From an uncultured Candidatus Saccharibacteria bacterium (GTDB taxonomy: Bacteria > Patescibacteriota > UBA1384 > CAILIB01), in NCBI GenBank assembly GCA_964593885.1, contig CAZQKK010000001.1, forward strand, positions 425,929-489,928: a DNA stretch of 64,000 bases. The letters are read 5' to 3'. Under the pieces are notes generated by a model. That model did not search any database. It saw nothing but the letters and a program-made list of their open reading frames with translations, and was not told where the DNA came from. Each line of letters opens with the position of its first letter. Within the stretch, counting starts at the first letter, position 1. The translations under genes were made by a program, and so were the position numbers. Shown here in pieces: positions 63,525-64,000 of the stretch.

Positions 63525-64000
63525 GCTCGGCGCAGTTTCCGCTGGGCTTTAGCGCCTTTGTAAACTCGCTTGAGGAATGCAGCTGCAGCTACGATGTCAT
63601 CCTCCAAGAGGAAGATGGTAGCAATGGAGAGCATGGTCTCAGCAAAGTAGCTGACGTTGAGGGTAATGAGGCTACTACCGTGGATGATAAGTAAGCCGAA
63701 TAGGGCAAACCTTCGGGTTTCCTTGAACCAAACGAAGAATGGGAAAGATACCTCTAGGAGGAGCGATCCCCAGGTCATGAGCCCCATAATGAGCGGGAAG
63801 GCGGCAAGCCAGGTGAAGTTCATGGTGGCGTACTCGAAGTTGAGGACTTTCCCAGCTTCAGTTCCTTGGACAAACCAGGCATCTGCTCGCACCTTGGCAA
63901 AGCCTGCAAAGAGGTAAACGAAGGCAAAGTTGAGCTGAATGAGCCTTGCCGACCATCCGGCAACCATGCCTGCTTTGTCGGGTTGGGGGAGCATTAAGTA
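63521..64000 (-). CDS. HTTM-domain membrane protein, copy 2 (3' part only; N-terminus beyond window end)
   Basis: FPFFVWFKETRRFALFGLLIIHGSSLITLNVSYFAETML aligns with HTTM copy 1; reading frame stays open upstream of the listed Met to the window edge. Confidence 0.7.
   Translation of the reverse strand, partial: YLMLPQPDKAGMVAGWSARLIQLNFAFVYLFAGFAKVRADAWFVQGTEAGKVLNFEYATMNFTWLAAFPLIMGLMTWGSLLLEVSFPFFVWFKETRRFALFGLLIIHGSSLITLNVSYFAETMLSIATIFLLEDDIVAAAAFLKRVYKGAKAQRKLRRA

Overview
The 64-kb window is a compact, gene-dense bacterial chromosome segment. It is roughly 90% coding, with many 1-26 bp overlaps between adjacent genes and frequent weak or absent Shine-Dalgarno sequences. Most genes are housekeeping and lie on the + strand: uvrD/pcrA-like helicase (3' part), rsmA, rsmI, metG, tatD, mnmA, recG, comEA, an NRAMP transporter, tRNA-Leu(UAG), an MFS transporter, miaA, ftsE-ftsX-M23 peptidase-ctpA, lemA-htpX, ligA, gatC-gatA...gatB, a cyclophilin PPIase, htrA, rpsB-tsf, frr, rseP, proS, tpiA-pgk and tig-clpP. 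Minus-strand blocks interrupt this: a thymidylate-synthesis cluster (large dCTP-deaminase-like protein, tmk, and an unusual tandem ThyX-like protein); rpmE-prfA and prmC, which are split by a 2.9-kb + strand block of four exported hypothetical proteins; and a short uvrC lacking the HhH domain. At the 3' end there are two paralogous HTTM (vitamin-K-dependent gamma-carboxylase-like) membrane proteins, one with an upstream SdpA-like exported partner, the other translationally coupled to a formylglycine-generating-enzyme (FGE/SUMF1) family protein. The HTTM/FGE cluster is the most likely candidate for an undescribed system (a membrane-associated modification machinery), but no substrate gene is visible in the window. 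No rRNA, CRISPR array, transposase or integrase was seen. Gene content (short EF-Ts, short ProS, many exported hypotheticals, a pilin-like surface protein, a G5/Rpf-like protein) suggests a reduced-genome, possibly monoderm or CPR-like bacterium, but the taxon cannot be established from sequence alone. All domain calls are motif-level recognition by eye, not database searches.
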